Source of the DNA: Macrostomum lignano | Lineage: Eukaryota | Assembly: GCA_002269645.1 (NCBI GenBank) | Contig: NIVC01001918.1 | Location: 62,001-126,000, forward strand | DNA: 64,000 nucleotides | Direction: 5' to 3' | In this document: positions 34,401 through 46,105 of the stretch, in pieces | Position numbering within the stretch: position 1 is the stretch's first letter | Layout: each line of letters starts with the position of its first letter | Made by a program: the position numbers and the translations under genes | Notes under the pieces: model-generated | Seen by the model: only the letters and a program-made list of their open reading frames with translations | Told to the model about the DNA's origin: nothing | Databases searched by the model: none

Positions 34401-37400
34401 CTCCTCTCCTCTTCTCCCCTCTCCTCACCTCTCCCTCCTCTCCTCTTCTCCCTTCCTCTCCTCTCCTCTCTCCTCTCCTCTCTCCTCCTCTCCTCTCCTC
34501 TCCTCTCCTCTCCTTTCCTCTCCTCTCCTCACCTCTCCTCTCCTCTCCTCTTCTCCCTTCCTCTCCTCTCCTCTCTCCTCTCCTCTTCTCCCCTCCTCTC
34601 CTCTCCTCTTCTCCCCTCTCCTCACCTCTCCTCTCCTCTCCTCTTCTCCCTTCCTCTCCTCTCCTCTCTCCTCTCCTCTTCTCCCCTCCTCTCCTCTCCT
34701 CTTCTCCCCTCTCCTCACCTCTCCCCTCCTCTCCTCTTCTCCCTTCCTCTCCTCTCCTCTCTCCTCTCCTCTCTCCTCCTCTCCTCTCCTCTCCTCTCCT
34801 CTCCTTTCCTCTCCTCTCCTCTCCTCTCCTCTCCTCTTCTCCCCTCCTCTCCTCTCCTCTTCTCCCCTCTCCTCACCTCTCCTCTCCTCTCCTCTTCTCC
34901 CTTCCTCTCCTCTCCTCTCTCCTCTCCTCTCTCCTCTCCTCTCCTCTCCTCTCCTCTCCTCTCCTCTCCTCTCCTCTCCTTTCCTCTCCTCTCCTCTCCT
35001 CTCCTCTCCTCTCCTCTTCTCCCCTCCTCTCCTCTCCTCTTCTCCCCTCTCCTCACCTCTCCTCTCCTCTCCTCTTCTCCCTTCCTCCCCTCTCCTCTCT
35101 CCTCTCCTCTTCTCCCCTCCTCTCCTCTCCTCTTCTCCCCTCTCCTCACCTCACCTCTCCTCTCCTCTCCTCTCCTCTCCTCTCCTCTCCTCTCTCCTCC
35201 TCTCCTCTCCTCTCCTCTCCTCTCTCCTCCTCTCCTCTCCTCTCCTCTCCTCTCCTCTCCTCTCTCCTCCTCCCATCCCTGTGCTAGACTCTCGGCACAA
35301 AATTTAAGCAACAACCGTTTGTCGGTACATTAAAGAACTGCGGGCAAACCTGAAACTATCTGAAAATGGGGATTAATTTAGGGAAAAGTGTTTCTTGGCC
35401 TCCATGGCCTGCGGGCTCGCCGGTAAACTTAGAATTTGTCACAGCTTCGATGCATACAGATTTCCCTGCCGTTGGTTGTTTGCAGTGGCCACAGAGGCAG
35501 CCGCAGGCCCCCACTGCAACCACGCGGAACACACGCAGCGCAAGGACCGGGGGTGTTGATAGACAAAAATTTCACTGCCGCAGCCTGCAGAATCTCCTTC
35601 TTTCTCCTCTGCTAGCAGCAGATTTTCAACAAATTCTCTTCCGCTAAACAGCCGCCCAGCTGGACGGGAAAAGTGCTAATCTGTCACGACATTTATGAGA
35701 GCATCATCAATAGCCGAAATGCAAGAATTTGGGAAATTATCCCTCCTTTTTAGATTCCTAATTTGGAAAGTGATTTGCAATACATATCGGAAGTGCCCCA
35801 GGGAAGAGTTTGAGACTTGGAAACCGCTTGGGAACAACGGTGACTGCCAATACTGTTAATAACCTGATGTTCTCTTTTCCAATTGGAGGGAAATTTGTTT
35901 GGTGATTGCGTCTGATGTTTGCACTCTTATTCATCTCCCTCTCCCTCTCCCTCTCCCTCTCCCTCTCCCTCTCCCTCTCCATCTCCCTCTCCATCTCCCT
36001 CTCCCTCTCCCTCTCCCTCTCCATCTCCCTCTCCATCTCCCTCTCCATCTCCCTCTCCATCTCCCTCTCCCTCTCCCTCTCCCTCTCCCTCTCCATCTCC
36101 CTCTCCCTCTCCCTCTCCCTCTCCCTCTCCTCTCCATCTCCCTCTCCATCTCCCTCTCCCTCTCCCTCTCCATCTCCCTCTCCATCTCCCTCTCCCTCTC
36201 CCTCTCCCTCTCCCTCTCCATCTCCCTCTCCCTCTCCTCTCCCTCTCCATCTCCCTCTCCATCTCCCTCTCCCTCTCCCTCTCCCTCTCCATCTCCCTCT
36301 CCATCTCCCTCTCCATCTCCCTCTCCATCTCCCTCTCCCTCTCCCTCTCCCTCTCCCTCTCCATCTCCCTCTCCATCTCCCTCTCCCTCTCCCTCTCCCT
36401 CTCCATCTCCCTCTCCATCTCCCTCTCCCTCTCCCTCTCCCTCTCCATCTCCCTCTCCATCTCCCTCTCCATCTCCCTCTCCATCTCCCTCTCCCTCTCC
36501 CTCTCCATCTCCCTCTCCCTCTCCCTCTCCATCTCCCTCTCCCTCTCCCTCTCCATCTCCCTCTCCATCTCCCTCTCCATCTCCCTCTCCCTCTCCCTCT
36601 CCCTCTCCCTCTCCATCTCCCTCTCCCTCTCCCTCTCCCTCTCCATCTCCCTCTCCATCTCCCTCTCCCTCTCCCTCTCCCTCTCCATCTCCCTCTCCAT
36701 CTCCCTCTCCATCTCCCTCTCCATCTCCCTCCCTCTCCCTCTCCCTCTCCCTCTCCATCTCCCTCTCCATCTCCCTCTCCCTCTCCCTCTCCCTCTCCAT
36801 CTCCCTCTCCATCTCCCTCTCCATCTCCCTCTCCCTCTCCCTCTCCCTCTCCATCTCCCTCTCCATCTCCCTCTCCCTCTCCATCTCCCTCTCCATCTCC
36901 CTCTCCATCTCCCTCTCCATCTCCCTCTCCCTCTCCCTCTCCCTCTCCCTCTCCATCTCCCTCTCCATCTCCCTCTCCCTCTCCCTCTCCCTCTCCATCT
37001 CCCTCTCCATCTCCCTCTCCCTCTCCTCTCTCCCTCTCCATCTCCCTCTCCATCTCCCTCTCCCTCTCCCTCTCCCTCTCCATCTCCCTCTCCATCTCCC
37101 TCTCCATCTCCCTCTCCATCTCCCTCTCCCTCTCCCTCTCCCTCTCCCTCTCCATCTCCCTCTCCATCTCCCTCTCCCTCTCCCTCTCCATCTCCCTCTC
37201 CATCTCCCTCTCCATCTCCCTCTCCCTCTCCCTCTCCCTCTCCTCTCCATCTCCCTCTCCCTCTCCCTCTCCCTCTCCATCTCCCTCTCCATCTCCCTCT
37301 CCCTCTCCCTCTCCCTCTCCATCTCCCTCTCCATCTCCCTCTCCATCTCCCTCTCCATCTCCCTCTCCCTCTCCCTCTCCCTCTCCCTCTCCATCTCCCT

Positions 37401-40400
37401 CTCCATCTCCCTCTCCCTCTCCCTCTCCCTCTCCATCTCCCTCTCCATCTCCCTCTCCATCTCCCTCTCCCTCTCCCTCTCCCTCTCCATCTCCCTCTCC
37501 ATCTCCCTCTCCCTCTCCATCTCCCTCTCCATCTCCCTCTCCATCTCCCTCTCCATCTCCCTCTCCCTCTCCCTCTCCCTCTCCCTCTCCATCTCCCTCT
37601 CCATCTCCCTCTCCCTCTCCCTCTCCCTCTCCATCTCCCTCTCCATCTCCCTCTCCATCTCCCTCTCCCTCTCCCTCTCCCTCTCCATCTCCCTCTCCAT
37701 CTCCCTCTCCATCTCCCTCTCCCTCTCCCTCTCCCTCTCCATCTCCCTCTCCATCTCCCTCTCCCTCTCCCTCTCCCTCTCCATCTCCCTCTCCATCTCC
37801 CTCTCCATCTCCCTCTCCATCTCCCTCTCCCTCTCCCTCTCCCTCTCCCTCTCCATCTCCCTCTCCATCTCCCTCTCCCTCTCCCTCTCCATCTCCCTCT
37901 CCATCTCCCTCTCCATCTCCCTCTCCCTCTCCCTCTCCCTCTCCCTCTCCATCTCCCTCTCCCTCTCCCTCTCCCTCTCCATCTCCCTCTCCATCTCCCT
38001 CTCCATCTCCCTCTCCATCTCCCTCTCCATCTCCCTCTCCATCTCCCTCTCCCTCTCCCTCTCCCTCTCCCTCTCCATCTCCCTCTCCATCTCCCTCTCC
38101 CTCTCCCTCTCCCTCTCCATCTCCCTCTCCATCTCCCTCTCCATCTCCCTCTCCCTCTCCCTCTCCCTCTCCATCTCCCTCTCCATCTCCCTCTCCCTCT
38201 CCCTCTCCCTCTCCATCTCCCTCTCCATCTCCCTCTCCATCTCCCTCTCCCTCTCCCTCTCCCTCTCCCTCTCCATCTCCCTCTCCATCTCCCTCTCCCT
38301 CTCCCTCTCCCTCTCCATCTCCCTCTCCATCTCCCTCTCCATCTCCCTCTCCCTCTCCCTCTCCCTCTCCATCTCCCTCTCCATCTCCCTCTCCCTCTCC
38401 CTCTCCCTCTCCCTCTCCATCTCCCTCTCCATCTCCCTCTCCATCTCCCTCTCCCTCTCCCTCTCCATCTCCCTCTCCCTCTCCCTCTCCCTCTCCATCT
38501 CCCTCTCCCTCTCCCTCTCCATCTCCCTCTCCCTCTACATCTCCCTCTCCCTCTCCCTCTCATCTCCCTCTCCCTCTCCATCTCCCTCTCCCTCTCCCTC
38601 TCCCTCTCCCTCTCCCTCTCCCTCTCCCTCTCCATCTCCCTCTCCCTCTCCCTCTCCATCTCCCTCTCCCTCTCCCTCTCCCTCTCCATCTCCCTCTCCC
38701 TCTCCCTCTCCATCTCCCTCTCCCTCTCCCTCTCCATCTCCCTCTCCCTCTCCCTCTCCCTCTCCCTCTCCCTCTCCCTCTCCCTCTCCATCTCCCTCTC
38801 CCTCTCCCTCTCCATCTCCCTCTCCCTCTCCATCTCCCTCTCCCTCTCCCTCTCCCTCTCCCTCTCCATCTCCCTCTCCACTCCCTCTCCATCTCCCTCT
38901 CCCTCTCCATCTCCCTCTCCATCTCCCTCTCCCTCTCCCTCTCCCTCTCCATCTCCATCTCCCTCTCCCTCTCCATCTCCCTCTCCATCTCCCTCTCCCT
39001 CTCCCTCTCCATCTCCCTCTCCCTCTCCCTCTCCATCTCCCTCTCCCTCTCCCTCTCCATCTCCCTCTCCCTCTCCCTCTCCATCTCCCTCTCCCTCTCC
39101 ATCTCCCTCTCCCTCTCCCTCTCCCTCTCCCTCTCCCTCTCCCTCTCCATCTCCCTCTCCCTCTCCCTCTCCATCTCCCTCTCCCTCTCCCTCTCCCTCT
39201 CCATCTCCCTCTCCCTCTCCCTCTCCATCTCCCTCTCCCTCTCCCTCTCCATCTCCCTCTCCCTCTCCATCTCCCTCTCCCTCTCCATCTCCCTCTCCCT
39301 CTCCATCTCCCTCTCCCACTCCCTCTCCATCTCCCTCTCCCTCTCCATCTCCCTCTCCATCTCCCTCTCCCTCTCCATCTCCCTCTCCCTCTCCATCTCC
39401 CTCTCCCTCTCCATCTCCCTCTCCCTCTCCATCTCCCTCTCCATCTCCCTCTCCATCTCCCTCTCCCTCTCCCTCTCCCTCTCCATCTCCCTCTCCCTCT
39501 CCATCTCCCTCTCCCTCTCCATCTCCCTCTCCCTCTCCCTCTCCATCTCCCTCTCCATCTCCCTCTCCATCTCCCTCTCCCACTCCCTCTACATCTCCCT
39601 CTCCCTCTCCCTCTCCCTCCTTCCCCCTCTCCCCCTCTCTCTCCCTCTCCTTCTCCCCCCTCTCTCCTTTTCCATCTTCCTCTAAATATGAAACCTTCCA
39701 CTTGAAGTGCATTGTAAATTAAATAAATTGTAATTGCACTTAACAGTTATAGCTCATGCTCGTACTTTGCCGATTAGCGTTTCCCTGTTATTTCCCCATT
39801 CATTTATGTCTATGGCTACAACCTTAGAACCCTTGTTATTGCCTTCCCCCGAGCGTGTCTCCTCTCTAAGCAACTCGTCCGCACGAAGCTACTTGTATTG
39901 CGACGCAAGTATAAAGAGTGAAAGATTACGCGACATAGCAATCAAATATAAAGCACAGGATCACAAGACATAACACCACTCCACCTGCATCTTACTCCCC
40001 CCAAGGGCTCACTTTGAGAAGGTGCGGCCTCTCGTGACGCAGTACTGATACTTCTCCAGATCGGAGCCAGTGATGCCGAAGCCCAGTTTCACATCTTTAC
40101 AATACTTGTTCCTCTCGTACGCATAGAACCAATAGAGCTGGTTGAAGCCGCAAGCGAAGCTGCTGAGCACTAGCACAACTACAAATAGAAATTTGAGTAT
40201 GTCCGACAGCATCCGGCCTAATGAGATCTGCAGCGGGCCCAGGTGCGGGTTCACCGTGAAGATGTACACCAATTTGAGCATGGAGAATATGTTGGCCGTG
40301 GCGAACAGGCACTCAGAGATCAGGGTGGGGTCGTACGCGTCCCAGTACTGTCGGTGAATATTAGCCAAGTTGCCGTCCTGCCGCACCTGCCAACGGCCGT

Positions 40401-43400
40401 TTTAATAGGGATGGCTTTGAATGAGATACCAACGGTTAGCTGGGGCTTTGAGACAGGCTCGGAGAGAGAGAAAGAATAGAATAGGGAGTGTGTGGGAAAA
40501 ATGCAGATTGAGAAAGAGAGAGAGTGAGAAGTATAGAGTGAAAGTAGAGGGGAAGGGGAAGATAGGGATCGGGTGAGAGGAAGAGGTTGAGAGGGAGAGA
40601 ATGAGAGGAAGAGGTTGAGAGGGAGAGGGTGAGAGGGAGAGGTTGAGAGGGAGAGGGTGAGAGGGAGAGGGAGAGGGTGAGAGGGAGAGGGAGAGGGTGA
40701 GAGGGAGAGGGAGAGGGTGAGAGGGAGAGGGAGAGGGTGAGAGGGAGAGGGTGAGAGGGAGAGGGTGAGAGGGAGAGGGTGAGAGCAAGAGGGTGAGAGG
40801 GAGAGGGTGAGAGGAAGAGGGTGAGAGGAAGAGGGTGAGAGGGAGAGGGTGAGAGGGAGAGGGTGAGAGGGAGAGGGTGAGAGGGAGAGGGTGAGAGGGA
40901 GAGGGTGAGAGGGAGAGGGTGAGAGGGAGAGGGTGAGAGGGAGAGGGTGAGAGGAAGAGGGTGAGAGGGAGAGGGTGAGAGGAAGAGGGTGAGAGGGAGA
41001 GGGTGAGAGGAAGAGGGTGAGAGGGAGAGGGTGAGAGGAAGAGGGTGAGAGGGAGAGGGTGAGAGGAAGAGGGTGAGAGGAAGAGGGTGAGAGGGAGAGG
41101 GTGAGAGGGAGAGGGTGAGAGGAAGAGGGTGAGAGGGAGAGGGTAAGAGGGAGAGGGTGAGAGGAAGAGGGTGAGAGGAAGAGGGTGAGAGGAAGAGGGT
41201 GAGAGGGATAGGGTGTCTCTCCGACAAGAAGAGAAAGGGGAGAGAGCAATCAGTCAGGCTGGTGCACGCAGTGATTGCACAGCATTGGCAGCACTCTACA
41301 AAACAGAAGCAGTCGGCGGCACAACAGACCCGGTACCAGGCGACGCCCCTCAGCGTGATGGTGGCAATGTAGAGCGCATTGGTGGCGAAGTCCAGCAGGT
41401 TCCACATGTCGGTAACATAAGCCTTGGCGCCCTCGTTCCACAGCTGCTTGATCTCCTGCCAGACAAAGCCTGCGGGTGGCGCGTACGGTGCGCGGTAGTA
41501 AGCGCGCGTGTATGCAGGGGGCGCGCACTGTTGCATTGTCCTTAAATAAATACTTTAAAACACTTGTTGGGTTCAAGATGGTCAGCTGGCACCCTTGCCA
41601 AGAAGCTTAGCAGTATCATGACCCTGGTGAAACTGAAAAAATCAAAATTAGCCAAAATTAGTTTGACAGGCTAGGGGTGGGGTCAAAAAAGGGGTGGGTT
41701 GACCTCCAGAAAAATTCTATAGATTCGCCTCCGTTTTTAATAATTTTAACTTACGCTCGTAGTTTTTTAAAAAACTTAATGCCAAGGTACAATGTACTTT
41801 GTGAACAAGTCGATAGGTTTAGTTGCTTTCACAAGCTCGAAACTTCACAAGCTCGAAACTTCTCAAGCTCGAATATTCTCAAGCTCAAATCTCCTCAAGC
41901 TCAAAACTTCTCAAGCTCGAAAGTTCTCAAGCTCTAAACTTCTCAAGCTCAAATCTTCTCAAGCTCGAATATTCTCAAGCTCAAATCTCCTCAAGCTCAA
42001 AACTTCTCAAGCTCGAAAGTTCTCAAGCTCTAAACTTCTCAAGCTCAAATCTCCTCAAGCTTGAAACTTCACAAGCTCAAATCTTCTCAAGCTCAAATCT
42101 CCTCAAGCTCGAAACTTCTCAAGCTCGAAACTTCTCAAGCTCGAAACTTCTCAAGCTCGAGTCTTTAAATCGTTGAAAAGTACAGTCCGACTACAGTAAC
42201 TTTGGCTGTTTCCATCTGCCAGTGAAAATTTTGCGCTAATATTTTACGAGCGACGCGCACCCGCTTCCATTCTGCTGCATCATAAATATTTGGCTTCTCA
42301 GACTGACAGGTCCATCTGCCATCTTTTAAAAACCATGATTTATTCGATTCAATAAATAACATTTTATTCAATTTATTTCGATTTATAATTTCCATACAGC
42401 CTTCCGCTGGTAATGCTTCGCTTATTCCGACATTTCTTCTGGGGAATTTTCCTGCGTGTCGGATATCGAATAATTAATTGCCATGGGATTCGGCTGCGAC
42501 GGAATGGCCAGAAATGAATCAAAGATAGAGAGATGAAGGCTGGAATTTAAAAAATCGCCAAAATAGGGAACCCAAACCCGCTGGGAGAGAGAAAGCTATC
42601 GACTGCTAGCAATCCAACTTCTGACTTTCTGGGAAATGAGAATTAAAAGTGATTATCGCCGACGGCGCCTGGATGAAGGGGGTTAGGGGGAACGGGATCA
42701 ACAGGCTGGGAGCTTGGGGAGAGGAAGCGAGCATGAATTTCGCCCTGGAGATTCTCTAGCGACCCAGTGAGGATTAAACAGAGCCAACTGCAGTCGGCTT
42801 TTATAGAGATTTAAACTCCGCAGGGTTCCTGTTTATTTCAACGGGTATGCGATGGCGAAGAAATTGATTGCTGGGATCCTCCTCTCTTCACCCCCTCTGG
42901 CCCCTCCCGCAGTCTCTTCACCCCTCTGGCCCCTCTCACAGTCTCTTCACCCCCTCTGGCCCCTCTCACAGACTCTTCACCCCCTCTGGCCCCTCCCGCA
43001 GTCTCTTCACCCCCTGTGGCCCCTCCCGCAGTCTCTTCACCCCCTGTGGCCCCTCCCGCAGTCTCTTCACCCCCTCTGGCCCCTCTCACAGACTCTTCAC
43101 CCCCTCTGACCCCTCTCACAGACTCTTCACCCCCTCTGGCCCCTCTCACAGACTCTTCACCCCCTCTGACCCCTCTCACAGACTCTTCACCCCCTCTGAC
43201 CCCTCTCACAGACTCTTCACCCCCTCTGACCCCTCTCACAGACTCTTCACCCCCTCTGACCCCTCTCACAGACTCTTCACCCCCTCTGACCCCTCTCACA
43301 GACTCTTCACCCCCTCTGACCCCTCCCGCAGTCTCTTCACCCCCTCTGGCCCCTCTCACAATCTCTTCACCCCCTGTGGCCCCTCCCGCAGTCTCTTCAC

Positions 43401-44581
43401 CCCCTCTGGCCCCTCTCCGCAGTCTCTTCACCCCCTCTGGCCCCTTTCACAGTCTCTTCACCCCCTCTGGCCCCTTTCACAGTCTCTTCACCCCCTCTGG
43501 CCCCTCCCGCAGTCTCTTCACCCCCTCTGGCCCCTCTCACAGTCTCTTCACCCCCTCTGGCCCCTCTCACAGTCTCTTCACCCCCTCTGGCCCCTCCCGC
43601 AGTCTCTTCACCCCCTCTGGCCCCTCCCGCAGTCTCTTCACCCCCTCTGGCCCCTCTCACAGTCTCTCCACCCCATCTAGCCGCTCCCCTCCCCAACCTG
43701 CCTCCTCTCTCTCCCCTCAATCCCACACTAGCCCGAGTCTCCAGCTCAGCAAATTGAATTTCTCCTATTTCTTTAAGCCACTTTCCCCTCAGATTTCTCT
43801 CGTTTCACTTGACCGCCAGCTTCTCCTCCCAGCGCCTTTTCTTACCCCAAAGTTTGCCAGTGCATTTAAACTCCACATTAATTGGAAGCAGAAAGGCGTT
43901 CCTTCCTTTTAATTTTAGGGCTCGCTTGTGTGCTGTCCTCCTCTGCCAGTGTTTCTTCCGCTGTAGAGAATAGGCTCAGGGAGGCTTTTTTAGTTGAAGG
44001 CCTTTGGTCGAATTTTTTTGGTCGGTTTGGGGAGTTCAGGAGAGGAGAGGGACAGAGGAGAGAGCAAGTGGAGCGAAACAGAAGAAGACTTGAGTAGTAA
44101 ATCTGGAGCATTCTCCCTCGCCTGCTCAACTCAAATACCCGTACGAAACGGACAGAAAATGCAGCTCTCGTGTCGCCTGGGTGGTTAACTTTCAGCCCCC
44201 TCCCCCTGCCGCCTGCTCAGCCAATAATTGCCGACAATTTTATTGCTCTAGAATTGACTTTTTCTATGATGTATTTTTCTATGCTAGCTATAGATAATCT
44301 GGGCTACAGTACTGTTGGACCTACAGAAGAACTCTGCTGACAATGAACTGAAATTGGGGATGGTGTTTCTTTCTTCAATTTCCTTCACTTCTCTCTCTTC
44401 ATCAGGGTATTGGGGCAGATGAAAGCTCTCGCCCCTATGTTTTCTTTACACATTTCCTTACCTCTCTCTACTTCTCTCTCTCTCTCTCCGTCTCCCTCTA
44501 CTTCTCTCTCTCTCTCTCCATTTCACCTCTACTCCTCTCTATCCGTTTCCCATCTACTTCTCTTTCTCCGTTTCCTCTCTA

Positions 44582-44666
<85 letters not shown>

Positions 44667-44874
44667 CTCTCTCTCCGTCTCTCCTCTACTTCTCTCTCCG
44701 TCTCCCCTCTACTTCTCTCCTTCCACCTCACCTCACTTGCCCTGACGAAGAAAGATAATACAATAATTTCGAAATATCGGCAATTCAATTAAACTGACTT
44801 TCTTCAGTCCTTTCTACCGCTACTGTGTCAGTGCCTGAGATTGGAGGTGCCCTCCTCTCTCTCTCTCTCTCCCC

Positions 44875-44911
<37 letters not shown>

Positions 44912-44918
44912 TCTCTCC

Positions 44919-44953
<35 letters not shown>

Positions 44954-45484
44954 CCTCTCTCTCCGTCTCTCCTCTACTTCTCTCCTTCCACCTCACCTCT
45001 ACGAACTACTTGTCTTTCCATCTTCCTTCTACTTCTCTTCCTACTTCTCTCCCTCTATCTCACCTCTACTCTCTCTGTCTTTTTTTCAACTCTCTCCCTC
45101 TCTACCGCTATATCTTAACTTGTAATTTTCAGCCTCCTAAAGCCGCTGAATAACCGGGCAGGATTGCAGAGCGGACCGACCATCACTAAAAGTCTGACTT
45201 GGCCACATCTCCTAATAGAGAACTGCGGTTGCTAGCAGGACAGGCCGGCAGGCGAGCCTTCAGGCTACGCCGGGGATCCGGGATCAATCCATGCCGTCTT
45301 CCCCCCCCTCCCATATTCCCGACGTAGCGGCCTGAACTCGCCCCAAAACTGACATATACTATCAAAATCTCCATTCCGACAAATGAGAATTCCCAGGCTC
45401 ATATTCTGGCTGTGTGCATTGCTAGAGGGGCCCCGAGGGCTGAATGAGAGAGTGATGGGGGAAGAGTGGGTGCGAACGGGACCG

Positions 45485-45535
<51 letters not shown>

Positions 45536-46072
45536 CCTCTCTCTCCGTCTCTCCTCTACTTCTCTCCTTCCACCTCACCTCTACGAACTACTTGTCTTTC
45601 CATCTTCCTTCTACTTCTCTTCCTACTTCTCTCCCTCTATCTCACCTCTACTCTCTCTGTCTTTTTTTCAACTCTCTCCCTCTCTACCGCTATATCTTAA
45701 CTTGTAATTTTCAGCCTCCTAAAGCCGCTGAATAACCGGGCAGGATTGCAGAGCGGACCGACCATCACTAAAAGTCTGACTTGGCCACATCTCCTAATAG
45801 AGAACTGCGGTTGCTAGCAGGACAGGCCGGCAGGCGAGCCTTCAGGCTACGCCGGGGATCCGGGATCAATCCATGCCGTCTTCCCCCCCCCCCTCCCATA
45901 TTCCCGACGTAGCGGCCTGAACTCGCCCCAAAACTGACATATACTATCAAAATCTCCATTCCGACAAATGAGAATTCCCAGGCTCATATTCTGGCTGTGT
46001 GCATTGCTAGAGGGGCCCCGAGGGCTGAATGAGAGAGTGATGGGGGAAGAGTGGGTGCGAACGGGACCGACT

Positions 46073-46105
<33 letters not shown>

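Noticed and set aside
33396-39722. Very long ORFs (600-1268 aa; poly-SP, LPLH, ERE/M, RGRW)
   Set aside because: Stop-free translations of pentamer and hexamer repeats in several frames on both strands, inside a TRPC intron; no domain content.
43878-44188. Candidate alternative TRPC exon or small ORFs in intron 4
   Set aside because: No TRPC similarity, no phase-compatible splice pair, and no GC3 bias like the real exons.
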